Source: Malacoraja senta (lineage: Eukaryota). Taken from it: a DNA stretch of 64,000 nucleotides. Positions 24,743 to 35,619 of this stretch are shown piece by piece (positions within the stretch are counted from its first letter, which is position 1; every line of letters starts with the position of its first letter). The DNA is taken from assembly GCA_038087875.1 (NCBI GenBank), contig CM075990.1, positions 14,634,001 to 14,698,000 of the forward strand, written 5' to 3'. Under the pieces are notes generated by a model. That model was given only the letters and a program-made list of their open reading frames with translations, was not told the origin of the DNA and did not search any database. The position numbers and the translations under genes are program-made.

Positions 24743-27626
24743 TTATAAACAGCAAACCCTTCTACTCTCTGAGGGAATTTAACTCCTTTATTCTCGCTGG
24801 AGTTTACATCCCCCCCCCCCCCCCCTCCAAGAGAATCTCTGGAATTCTCTGACACAGAAGATAGTTGAGGCCAGTTCATTGGCTATATTTAAGAGGGAGT
24901 TAGATGTGGACCTTGTGGCTAATGGGATCAGGGGGTATGGAGGGAAGGCAGGTACAGGATATTGAGTTGGATGATCAGCCATGATCATATTGAATGGCGG
25001 TGCAGGCCCTCGAAGGGCCGAATGGCCTACTCCTGCACCTATTTTCTATGTTTCTATGTTTCTATGCCTGCGTACGTAAGGCGCAAACGCAACTCACTGA
25101 CCAGGTAATGAGGGTAGAGAGTGACTTCCCGGACTCCATGGTGATTGTTTTGGGGGACTTTAACAAAGCTAACCTCAGCCGTGACATTCCAAAGTACAGA
25201 CTTCAGGTTACCTGCCCCACCAGAGGGGAGAGAACACTCGACCACTGTTACATGTCAATCAAGAACGCATATCGCCCTGTTCCCCGGGCGGGTCTGTGTC
25301 TCTCTGATCATTGCCTCGTTCACCTTATTCCGACCTACAGGCAGAAACTATAATCTGCTAAGCCTGTGGTCAGAACAACGAAAAGGTGGACAAGCGAGGG
25401 AATTGAGAACCTACAATCCTGCTTTGACTGCACTGATTGGAATGTGGTCAGGGAAGCAACCACAAGCCTCGATGAGTATACGGACACGGTCTCATCATAT
25501 GTCAGCTTTTGTGAGGACAGTTGCATTCCAACTAGGACCCGGACCTGGTTCAACAACAACAAGCCCGGGTTTACTGCAGAACTCAGACAGCTCCGACAGT
25601 CTAAAGATGAAGCCTACAGGAGCGGGGATGCAGACCTCTACAGGCAGGCCAAGCACAAGCTGAGAAGAGGAATCAGAGCTGCCAAGGAAAGGTACTGAGA
25701 AGTTGAGGAGCAAGTTCTCAGCTAGTGACTCTTCTTCAGTTTGGAAGGGCTTGCAAGAAATCACCAGCTACAAGAGGAAAGCCTCCCGGTCTTTGGACAA
25801 TCGTCAGCTGACCAACGACCTGAATGAGTTCTACTACAGGCTTGACAAGCAGAAACGTAACCCTGGTACCCCCTCCCCAACAAACACAGCCAGACCACAG
25901 TCTGCAAAGAATGGACCCTGCACCCTCTCATTCCCATTCACCACTTCACACATACTTAAAGCAAGACTCCAGTCTGAAAACACTGGACCCTTTCCCACCC
26001 ACCCTTCTTCAATCACCGCTTCACATCCAATTACCCACACCCTCCATGTTGCACAACATCACTTCTCCATCATCAACAATAAAAATAGAGGAGGTGGAGA
26101 GGCTTTTCAGAAGACAGAAAAGCTGGAAATCTCCAGGACCGGACAATGTTTCCCCCTCTAATCTCAAGCTCTGTGCCAAACAACTGGCACCGGTCTACAC
26201 AGACATTTTCAACCAGTCCTGCAAACCTGTACTGTCCCTGCCTGCTTCAAAGACTCCACTATTGTCCCTGTACCCAAAAAGGCAAGGATTACTGGTCTTA
26301 ATGAATACAGGCCTGTTGCACTGTAGTCATCAAGACCCTTGAAAGGCTTATGCTGGGCAAGCTGAAAATATCACGAACCCCCTGCTGGACCCTCATCAGT
26401 TTGCATATCGGGCCAATAGATCTGTGGATGATGCAGTCAACCTGGGCCTGCACTTCATGCTCCAGCACCTATACCGCTAGGGGACCTATGCAAGGATTTT
26501 GTTTGTTGCTTTTAGCTCTGCATTCAACACCATTGTGCCAGAGCTACTACACTCCAAACTTTCCGAGTTGACTGTGCCTGAACCCGTCTGTCGGTGGCTC
26601 ACCAGCTTCCTGACAGACAGGAAGCAGCATGTGAGGCTGGGAAAGCACATCTCGGACCCGCAAACCCTCAGCAAGGCTGTGTACTCTCCGCTCTCCTCTA
26701 CTCTCTCTACACCAATGAGTGCACCTCCACTGACTCCTCTGTCAAGCTTCTCAAGTTTGCGGACAACACAACCCTGATTGGACTGATCCAGGATGGGGAG
26801 GAATCTGCCTACAGACAGGAAGTGTCACAGCTGGTGTCCTGGTGCCGTAGCAACAACCTGGAGCTCAATGCTCTTAAGACAGTGGAACTGATTGTAGACA
26901 TTAGGAGAGCTCCCCATCCCCTCATCCCACTCACCATCAACGACACCACAGTCACATCTGTGGAGTCTTTTAAGTTTCTGGGAACCATCATCTCCAAGGA
27001 CCTTAAGTGGGGGGCTACCATCGACTCCACAGACAAAAAGGCACAACAGAGGATGTACTTCCTGCGGCAGCTGAGGAAGCACAATCTGCCACAGGCAATG
27101 ATGGTCCAATTCTATACGGCCATCATAGAGTCTGTCCTCACCTTCTCCATCATGGTCTGGTTTGGCTCAGCCACCAAGCACGACACCCGGAGGCTGCAGC
27201 AAATCGTCCGATCAGCTGAGAAGGTTATTGGCTGCAACCTTCCCTCCATTGACGAACTGTACACTGCAAGGGCCAGGAAGCAAGCAGGTAAGATCATCTC
27301 TGACCCCTCTCACCCTGGCCACAAACTCTTTGAATCACTTCCCTCTGGAAGGCGACTCCGGACTGTCAAAGCTGCCACAACCAGACATAAAGACAGCTTT
27401 TTTCCACGAGTAGTAGGTCTACTCAATAACCAAAAATCTGTAGCCTCCTTTTGCTCTGGTATTTTATTTAATTCACATATTTAATCAATAATGTTTTATT
27501 ATTAATGTTTAATGTTTTATGTATCATTCTTAACTGTCACTGTATGTCATGTTGTCACTTGTGGGCAGAGCACCAAGGCAAATTCCTTGTATGTGAATAA
27601 TTGGCCAATAAACTTATTCATTCATT
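24743..27626 (+). mobile_element. 5'-truncated, inactivated Rex1/Babar LINE
   Basis: APE remnants (KPFYSLREF...GVYIPP, LGDFN, TLDHCY, SDH) and RT remnants (PGPDNV, FSSAFNTI, QGCVLS, KFADNTT, FKFLG), C-terminal HPGH...SFFP, AATAAA and a (CATT)n tail. Has stops and frameshifts, and the catalytic FADD is mutated to FADN. Confidence 0.9.
24831..25065 (+). mobile_element. CR1 3' fragment nested inside the Rex1 element
   Basis: Matches the CR1 3' ends at 11930-12160 and 50680-50900, has a (TTTCTATG)n tail, and splits the Rex1 frame YIPP..Q / ACV. Confidence 0.85.
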
Positions 27627-28061
27627 CTGACCTTGGGTACTGTCTGTGTTGTTTTTTTTTTTATTTTTTTATTTTTTTATTTTTTAGAAGTACGGTAGAT
27701 TACAGTAATGTACAACATGTATATATTAATACATTTTTTGTACCGCTTCACTTTTTTAAACTTTAAGAAAGAAAAAGAAAGAAGTAAGAAAAGTGAAGAA
27801 AGTGCGCAAAGGTTGTGAAGTGCAAAAGAGTGTTGGGAAAAGAAAGCCCCTTAGAAAAGAGGTTAGAGAAGGAAGTAAAGTTAGAAAATAGACCCTAGAA
27901 AAAAAAGAGAAAGAAAGAAGGAACAATCGCTCTATTATAACTCTTATACCATACTTCATAGAGAAGGAACTACCAACCAAGTCTATTTTTATTTTACCTC
28001 CCATTACCAGGTCCAGATACCTTTTATTTATTTATTTGTTTTTCTAAATTACTATTGCACC

Positions 28062-31000
28062 TCATGCTTGTAATAGGTCCAAAAACGTAGACCACGTCTT
28101 TTGAAATTGATCTACTTTGCCTACTAGGAGGAATCTCATCTCTTCCAGATGTAATGTTTCCAACATATTTGATGTCCACATTTTTATTGTTGGTGTGGGC
28201 GCATTTTTCCAGAATTTAAGTATAAGCTTTTTTCCCATTATTAGCCCATAATTGAGTAAATTCTTCTGATACACGTTTAATTCAGGAATACCTTCCGATA
28301 TTCCAAAAATAATCCATTCTGGTTTTGGTACCAGTTTTATTTTGATTAATTTTGAAAAAATATCAAATATTTCAAACCAGAATTTTTGGATTTTTGTACA
28401 AAAAACAAAAGAATGTGCTATGGTAGCTTCTTGACATATACATTTATCACAGATTGGTGAGACGTTAGGAAAGATTTTATTTAGTTTGGTTTTTGAATAA
28501 TATAATCTATGTAATGTTTTAAATTGGATAAGCGTATGTCGTACGTTGATCGAGCATTTATGCACCTGTAATAAATGATTATCCCAACTCTCTTTTGAAA
28601 TTTTTATACCTAGATCTTGTTCCCAATCTCTTCTAATTCCATCTGTTGTGGGTATTTCTATATTTAAGATGATATTATATAAGTATGATATTAAATTAAC
28701 TGATTCCGCCTTTGTCTTCATTGCTTCATCTAGTAAGTCGGAAGGCATATTATAATAATCTTTTGTGTGTGTTTTCAAATAGTCACAGATTTGTATATAT
28801 TTAAAATATTGATTATTTTTCAAATTATATTTCAGTTGTAGTTGTTGGAATGATAGTAATTTTTCTAATTCATACAGATCTTCGAGCGTTTTAATTCCCA
28901 TTCTTTCCCATTGTATAAATGCTTTATCTATGATTGAAGGTTTAAACGATGGGTTATTGACTATTGGTATTAAGAGAGATAGGTTTCTTAATTTTAGATT
29001 CTGTTTTATTTGCTTCCATGTTCTAATAGTGCTATATATAATTGGATTTTTATTATAATTTTTATTATTCAAATTTATTGGAGAGAGAATAATCGCTCCT
29101 ATATTATTCGGGGAGCAATCCCCTTTTTCCATTATAATCCAGTCCACCTGCTGGGCAGAATTGTCCAGCAGGTGAATCATATTTTTAATATTTACTGCCC
29201 AGTTATAATACATAAAGTTAGGGAGCGCTAGACCCCCCAACTCTTTTCGTTTGTTAAGGTGTGTTCTTTGTATTCTGTGGGATTTGTAATCCCATATAAA
29301 ATTTGTAATGTCTGAGTCCAGTTTTTTGAAAAACTTTTTTGGGAGATATATAGGTATTGATTGAAATAGGTAAAGGATTTGTGGTAAGAAAATCATTTTT
29401 ATAGCATTTATCCTACCTATTAAGGACATCGGAAGTGTTTTCCAAAATTTAATCAGATTATTTAATTTCTTAAGTAGGGGATTATAATTAGCTTTAAACA
29501 TATCATGGTAATTTCTAGTAATCTCAATTCCTAAATATTTGAATTTTTCCATAGCTATTTTAAAAGGGAATTTCCTGAGATGTGTTGAGTCTTTTGGTTT
29601 AATCGACATAATTTCACTTTTGTTCCAATTTATTCTATATCCTGAAAAGGATCCAAAGTCCTCAATTAAGTTTAATATATTTGGTATACTAATTTGTGGT
29701 TTTGTGATGTACAGTAGTACATCATCAGCATATAGGGATAGTTTGTTGTTTGAATATTTTGTGTTATAACCGTGAATATTCGAGTGTGTTCTTATTTTTT
29801 CAGCAAGGGGTTCAATTACCAAAGCAAATAACAGCGGTGATAGTGAACATCCTTGTCTGTTGCCCCTAGATAATTCGAATTTTGAAGATAATATATTATT
29901 AGTTAGTATTCTAGCCGTAGGTTTGTTATATAGTAGTTTTATCCATGCAATAAAGTTTTCTCCCAATTGGAATTTTTGCAATACTTTGATCATATAGTCC
30001 CATTCTACTTGATCAAACGCTTTTTCTGCGTCCAGTGAGATGATAGCTAACTCTTGGTCATAAGATTTATGTGAATGCATTATGTTAAGCAAACGTCTCA
30101 AATTATTAAATGAGTGTCTCTTAGGTATAAATCCTGTTTGATCCTCATGTATTAGTCTACTAACATACTTGCTTAATCTATTGGCTAATGTTTTTGCTAT
30201 TATTTTCTGATCCGTATTTAACAAAGCAATAGCTCTATATGATCCTGGTTCTTCTATATTTTTATCTTTTTTAAGTATTAATATGATCGTTGATTCCGCT
30301 AGTGTTTCAGGTAGGTTTTGCTCTTTATAAGCATATGTATACATTTTTTGTAATCGTGGAGTAACTATATCATAAAAAGATTTATAAAATTCATTACTGA
30401 ATCCGTCTGGTCCTGGTGTTTTTCCATTTTTTAGTGTTTTTATTGTGTCTTCTATCTCCTTAGAAGTAATTTGTGCTCCCAGTTCCTCTTGTTCCCTGCG
30501 TTCTAATTGTGGTAGATTACAATTATCTAAAAATTCTGAGATTTTATTATTGTCTATTGACGTTTTAGATGTGTATAGATTCTGGTAAAATTGAGCAAAT
30601 CTTTTATTAATATCCTTGGGTAGTGTTAATACTTCCCCTCTATCTGATTTAATCTTTAATATTGCATTCTCTTTTTCCCGTTTTTTAAGTTGTCGTGCTA
30701 GAAGTTTGTGGGGTTTGTCCCCGAATTCGAAGTGTTCTTGTTTTGTGATTTGAAATAATGTTATAACTTTCTCTGACAGTAATTTATTTAACTGAAATTT
30801 CAGTAGTAGTATTTTATTATGTTTATCCATAGTTGGGTCTTTAGCATTATCTATATCTAACTGTTTTATTTGATCTTCTAAGTGTCTTTGTTCATTCTTA
30901 TTCTTTTTATTTTGATAAGCTTGAAATGAAATAATGACTCCTCTTATAAATGCTTTGAAGGATTCCCATAATAACGTGGGGGATATCTCTGGTGTATCAT

Positions 31001-31862
31001 TTAACTCAAAAAATAGATCCATCTGTTTTTTTAGATAGATACTCCCTTGAGGGTCTTTTAAAATTTGTGAGTTAAACCTCCAGAACGGTTTATTCATAGA
31101 CATTCCTTCTAGTTTTAGAACAAAAGTTAACGGAGAATGATCTGAGATCGCATTAATATGATATTTAGGATTCAGAGATTGCGAGATTAATTTTGTATCC
31201 ACTAGAAAATAGTCTATCCGTGAATATGTTTTATGCACCATTGAATAAAACGAGTAATCCCTTCCCGTCGGGTTTGCAATCCTCCATACATCTGTTATAT
31301 TTGTGTTTTCCATATATGTGTGTAAGAGTTCACTGGTTTTAGATTTCGTCTGACCTTTTTGTTTTTGCATCGATTTATCTAAATAAGGATCTAAAACACA
31401 ATTAAAATCTCCTCCGATTATAACATTTTGATAATTAGATTCTGCAATTATATTCAGAATTTTATTAAAAAATTGAGGGTTATCAAAGTTGGGCGCATAT
31501 ATGTTTACCAGCGTAATTGGCATATTATTGATCTCCCCTGCTACTATAAGATATCTCCCTTCCTTATCTAAAATAGTGTTCTTTGATTTAAATGGAATTC
31601 CTTTACGAATAATAATTGCAGTACCTCTAGATTTGGAGGTAAATGAAGAGTGAAATGTTTGGCCTATCCAGTTCGCCCTCAGTCTTGTCTGATCTTGCTG
31701 TTTAAGATGTGTTTCCTGTAGAAACGCTATGTCCGTGTTGTATGATTTCAACTGAGCTAGTATCTTGCCCCTTTTAATAGGTTCATTAATCCCCCTTATA
31801 TTCCAACTACATAATGTGATTCCTCCTATTTTCTTTTGATTGTCGTCATGCATTTTTACCAA
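28062..31862 (-). CDS. L1 ORF2p, 1266 aa (APE endonuclease, reverse transcriptase, C-terminal CCHC)
   Basis: APE motifs WNIRG, LQETH, NIYAPN, GGDFN, SRIDY, SDH. RT motifs PGPDG, YRAIALLN, LDAEKAFD, RQGCSLSP, YADD, KYLG. C-terminal CDKC-x8-H-x4-C. Confidence 0.96.
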   Translation of the reverse strand: MVKMHDDNQKKIGGITLCSWNIRGINEPIKRGKILAQLKSYNTDIAFLQETHLKQQDQTRLRANWIGQTFHSSFTSKSRGTAIIIRKGIPFKSKNTILDKEGRYLIVAGEINNMPITLVNIYAPNFDNPQFFNKILNIIAESNYQNVIIGGDFNCVLDPYLDKSMQKQKGQTKSKTSELLHTYMENTNITDVWRIANPTGRDYSFYSMVHKTYSRIDYFLVDTKLISQSLNPKYHINAISDHSPLTFVLKLEGMSMNKPFWRFNSQILKDPQGSIYLKKQMDLFFELNDTPEISPTLLWESFKAFIRGVIISFQAYQNKKNKNEQRHLEDQIKQLDIDNAKDPTMDKHNKILLLKFQLNKLLSEKVITLFQITKQEHFEFGDKPHKLLARQLKKREKENAILKIKSDRGEVLTLPKDINKRFAQFYQNLYTSKTSIDNNKISEFLDNCNLPQLERREQEELGAQITSKEIEDTIKTLKNGKTPGPDGFSNEFYKSFYDIVTPRLQKMYTYAYKEQNLPETLAESTIILILKKDKNIEEPGSYRAIALLNTDQKIIAKTLANRLSKYVSRLIHEDQTGFIPKRHSFNNLRRLLNIMHSHKSYDQELAIISLDAEKAFDQVEWDYMIKVLQKFQLGENFIAWIKLLYNKPTARILTNNILSSKFELSRGNRQGCSLSPLLFALVIEPLAEKIRTHSNIHGYNTKYSNNKLSLYADDVLLYITKPQISIPNILNLIEDFGSFSGYRINWNKSEIMSIKPKDSTHLRKFPFKIAMEKFKYLGIEITRNYHDMFKANYNPLLKKLNNLIKFWKTLPMSLIGRINAIKMIFLPQILYLFQSIPIYLPKKFFKKLDSDITNFIWDYKSHRIQRTHLNKRKELGGLALPNFMYYNWAVNIKNMIHLLDNSAQQVDWIIMEKGDCSPNNIGAIILSPINLNNKNYNKNPIIYSTIRTWKQIKQNLKLRNLSLLIPIVNNPSFKPSIIDKAFIQWERMGIKTLEDLYELEKLLSFQQLQLKYNLKNNQYFKYIQICDYLKTHTKDYYNMPSDLLDEAMKTKAESVNLISYLYNIILNIEIPTTDGIRRDWEQDLGIKISKESWDNHLLQVHKCSINVRHTLIQFKTLHRLYYSKTKLNKIFPNVSPICDKCICQEATIAHSFVFCTKIQKFWFEIFDIFSKLIKIKLVPKPEWIIFGISEGIPELNVYQKNLLNYGLIMGKKLILKFWKNAPTPTIKMWTSNMLETLHLEEMRFLLVGKVDQFQKTWSTFLDLLQA

Positions 31863-32253
31863 TTTTAATGACCTTAATTATTGTGGTGCGTTCATACCTC
31901 CGGACTCTGGTTATTTTGGGAGTATTTCTATTATAGACTTCCTTGGTAGTTCTCCTGCGCGATTGTCCTTGAAGAAAAAACACACAGATGTGACATATTG
32001 TGATTAAAAAAAAATATATATATAAATCAAATAAATTTACGGTGTCTAAAATTTCAACACCGTAGTGAGTGGCCCACTCGTCTGTGGGGTACGACATCCA
32101 TAACGCTTCCGGCGTAGTTGGTATAAAGTTAGCCCCGCTGTATTTATTACCCAAAATCTATGGGGTCATTACCGTTTCCAATTCAATTCTATTTCACCCA
32201 GTTACAATTTATATATATGTCAAATGTATTCGATTCCATATCCTACTCACTCT

Positions 32254-32835
32254 TTATCTCTTAACTATTTTAAAATGAATTTAGTATTGTTAAAGTGAGC
32301 GGTTTACTGAGTGGATTAACCGGAGTCAGGTTCCTGGAATTGTGCCAGGTGCCTGATCTCTTCTCCTCTCCACGAGCTGCGAACATAGGTGATAACTGCT
32401 GTCTGCGTTATGACGCAGGCACCACAGTTTTATCAGTTTCAAATATTATTTCTATATTAGTATTGTTAATTATTAATTATGATTAATTCTCAGCATTTTG
32501 TAAAACTATATAAGCCGTATATATTTTTCATATCAACCTCGAGTGTATATTATCTCTTAACTATTTTAAATTGATTTTAATATTGTTAAAAATGAGCTGT
32601 TCGCTGGAAGGGTTAACGGGAGTCTGGCTCCTGGAGTTATGCCAGGTACCCGGTCTCCCCCTCCCTCCACTCTCGAGCTGCATAGCACTTGCTGTTATCT
32701 GCTAAACAGAGCAGACTGCACATTTTTTATCTATTTCAATTGCTATTTCTATATTAGTATTGTTAATTGTTAATTATTATTAGTTCTCAGTTTTTTCAGT
32801 TTTTTATAAACAATATAAGCCATGTGATGTTTTTC
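32254..32835. repeat. ~296-bp diverged tandem duplication in the L1 inter-ORF spacer
   Basis: TTATCTCTTAACTATTTTAAA at 32254 and 32550, with ATTTCTATATTAGTATTGTTAATT present in both copies. Confidence 0.88.
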
Positions 32836-33072
32836 ACTCTCAGCCCAGCAGTTCGTCCCGTTATCAGGTTTTCCTCGTTTGAGCACGTAGTGTCCTTGAA
32901 TTACATAGCACAATGTTCCAGCGAAGATAATAATGTCTAGCCACGTCTCACTAAGAATCTGTTGCTTGAAGTCAAATAAAAAATAAAAAATCAGTGTTCA
33001 GTTAATTCACTTTCCTTGTGATATTCTTGTTGGAAGAATAAGCAAGTTCATTTGTTCATGTCGTCTTGGTTT

Positions 33073-33957
33073 TCAGTCTCCAGTTGATGCAGCCTTAGTC
33101 GCGATTTCTTGAGCGTATTTGAGAGATTCATCCGAATTAGTGAATGTTTTTGACACTCCCTCAAAGGTGATACGCATTCTAGCCGGGTAAAACACTCCAC
33201 ACAAAACTCCCTTAACACCATAAAGAACTTCTCTGGTCTGTGAGAACTTTCTTCTCTTTTGCTCAATCTCATAAGGGTAGTCCCGTAGGAGTTTAATAGT
33301 ATCACCTCTGTACATCATCTTCTCTCCGTGGTTGATTTTTTTCATCAGCGCTTCCATTGTTGAGATATCCCGAAGTTTAATTATGATCTGTCGTGGGTAG
33401 GCACGTTCTCCTTGAGATCTTGATTTAAATCTGGGGAGTCGATGTGCTACTTCAATTACAGGTACTTCTGGTAGCTTCAGTACGTGTTTAATTAGGTTGG
33501 CAGCGAACTCACAAACATTGTCCCCCTCAGCTCCCTCTTTTACACCACGTATTCTTATATTTTGACGTCTTGAGCGAGCTTCTAGGTCAACACATTTATT
33601 CGAAACCTTTGTGACTTGGTTCTTGAGACTATCTATTTCTGACTTCATAGTCTGCATCTCTCCAGCCATCACTTCCACAGCAGCTTCCAAATCATTCACT
33701 GCAGATGCATTTGCAGCCACAGTTTCGTGCACAGCCTCAAACATCTTTGTGGTCTCTTCTGCCACCTTTTCAATTTTTATCGATAGTCCTTTTTCCACAC
33801 CTTCAATTCTTTTTTGGAGAGCCTCAATACCCTCAAGTATTTTGTCATTACCGGCTATCAATTTACTGTTCCCAGCTTCCATATCATTTTTGATATCTCT
33901 TACCGAGTTTCTTAAGTCCTCCATTTCGGTTTTCTCTTTTGCAGATCGAGTAGCCAT
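33073..33957 (-). CDS. L1 ORF1p, 294 aa (coiled coil, RRM, CTD; Transposase_22-like)
   Basis: Starts MATRSAKEK, followed by a heptad-rich region, DLEARSRRQNIRIRGVKEG, AHRL, RDYP and FYPARMRI. The track's longer 349-aa version runs into an unrelated Rex1 fragment. Confidence 0.9.
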   Translation of the reverse strand: MATRSAKEKTEMEDLRNSVRDIKNDMEAGNSKLIAGNDKILEGIEALQKRIEGVEKGLSIKIEKVAEETTKMFEAVHETVAANASAVNDLEAAVEVMAGEMQTMKSEIDSLKNQVTKVSNKCVDLEARSRRQNIRIRGVKEGAEGDNVCEFAANLIKHVLKLPEVPVIEVAHRLPRFKSRSQGERAYPRQIIIKLRDISTMEALMKKINHGEKMMYRGDTIKLLRDYPYEIEQKRRKFSQTREVLYGVKGVLCGVFYPARMRITFEGVSKTFTNSDESLKYAQEIATKAASTGD

Positions 33958-34033
33958 TCCAGAGACCTCTCCAGATGAAGTGGGCCCCCTTTGTCTCCTG
34001 GCAACCAATATTTTTAGACCCAGTCCGCCACTG

Positions 34034-34455
34034 GTAGCCAAGACCATCATACAAACCAACCACCCTTCCATTGACTCTATCAATACTTCATGCTGCCTCG
34101 GCAAGGCCAGCGGCATAATCAAGAACCAATATCATCCCGGTCACTCCCTCTTCTCCCCTTTCCCATTAGGCAAGAGGTACAGAAATTTTAACATGCATAC
34201 CTCCACATTCAGGGACAGTTTCTTTCCTGCTTTTATCAGGCAATTGAACGGTGCTCCCTTCAGTTAGAGTAGGAGCCTGAACTCTACCTTACTAGAGTCC
34301 TTTGAACTATCTTTAATTGGACGTTATCTTGCACTGCTTTACCCTTTTATCCTTTATCTGTGGATAACTTGATTGTAATCAGGTGAAGTCTTTTCTTTGA
34401 CTGAGGAGCTCTCAAACAAAAGCTCTTCACTGTACCTTGGTACATGTGACAATAG
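34034..34455 (+). mobile_element. Old Rex1/Babar 3' fragment abutting the L1 5' end
   Basis: PSIDSI..CLGKASGIIK..HPGHSLFSP.P.GKRYR..FRDSFFPA.IRQLN. Confidence 0.8.
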
Positions 34456-35619
34456 TTAACGAAGCAACAATATTGGCATCTCACTGACTGTGGGTGGGAA
34501 GCTGCTTTTCAAATTTATCTCCATCCACGCCCGTCCCCCAGCCAATAAACTTATGTCTTCTCTCTTTTACTAATATTTCCTCCTTTATGGTATGAGTGGA
34601 TACAGGATGATAATGCCATGATTTCTCCTTCAATTCTTAACCAAGATATATTGTTCTCTATCCCTTCTGAAATGGCCCAAACTAACAGGTGATGGTGTTT
34701 TATTATTATTTGGTAGATTTGAATGTGTTATATTATATTTTCTCTATGTGATGCTAATCTGAGTTTAAAAAGCCATGCTAAATATTTCTTCCCATTTAAA
34801 AAATATTAGTTCATAAAATTATATTTGCATGATGATTCCTTAAAATTTCTGTCAGTCATCCATTAGGTAATATAATTGTCCAGGTGGGCATAATGTTACC
34901 CTGTCTGTACTTTAAAGCAATTGCAGTTATGAGAATTTCTCTGCCTGAAACTGTTAGAACTCTTGAAAATCTCATAGAAAGCTAAGATATGCCTGTACTG
35001 CATCATAAGCATAAAGTTTAGATTGATTTCCATAAACATGCTTGCTCTGAAATGTTAATCAACTAATTCATTAATTAACACTTCAGAACCATCAACTAAT
35101 TAATTAATAATTATTTGAAACCTTTCATGAAGTATCAATCAATTTGATTACTTTGGTGTCAATTCATTCATTGCATCAAGATTATTACACATGTTCGAGT
35201 AGAATTTGTTGTGATGGTTATGGATTGGCTGCCTGTTATATGCCCAACCAATATACAATATCATTTGTTTCATTGCACTTTTACCCCTTTAAAAGAAATC
35301 GCATCAACAAACTGGTTTCATGGGGCTTTTTAGTATTCTCAGCCAAACGTGGTTCTGCAAGGAGAGGAAGTATATTTTTATATTGAGGAAAAAATGCATA
35401 CCATAGAGAATTGACAATTTGATCCCAGATTTACTGATTTAACTTTAATTAACAGGTGGCAGTTTTATAACCTGAGTATGGAACAATTTTGCTTAAGATG
35501 AGTAGCAACATCTGCCTCTATATTTATTAGTTTAGTGTTGATAGAAGATATTTCAAGTGAGCATTGTAGCCTAGGATTTGAACAAAGGCACAGCAGAGGA
35601 GTGCTGTTCTTTCACATTT

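Larger units (their letters stand above)
27652..34033 (-). mobile_element. Near full-length L1-clade LINE (fish-type) with both ORFs intact
   Basis: Short 5' leader, ORF1, ~1.2 kb spacer, ORF2, ~380 nt 3' UTR and a patterned poly(A) tail (T-run at 27652-27685 on +). No TSD was found. Confidence 0.93.

Noticed and set aside
32055..32145. Twister- or HDV-like ribozyme in a GC-rich patch of the L1 spacer (minus: GGGGCTAAC..GCCGG..GTACCCC)
   Set aside because: I could not build the required pseudoknots by eye. It may be structured, but an Infernal search is needed.
33611..34267. 218-aa + strand ORF and the 55-aa N-terminal extension of L1 ORF1
   Set aside because: Both are chance read-through across the L1/Rex1 junction: antisense ORF1 fused to a Rex1 C-terminal remnant.
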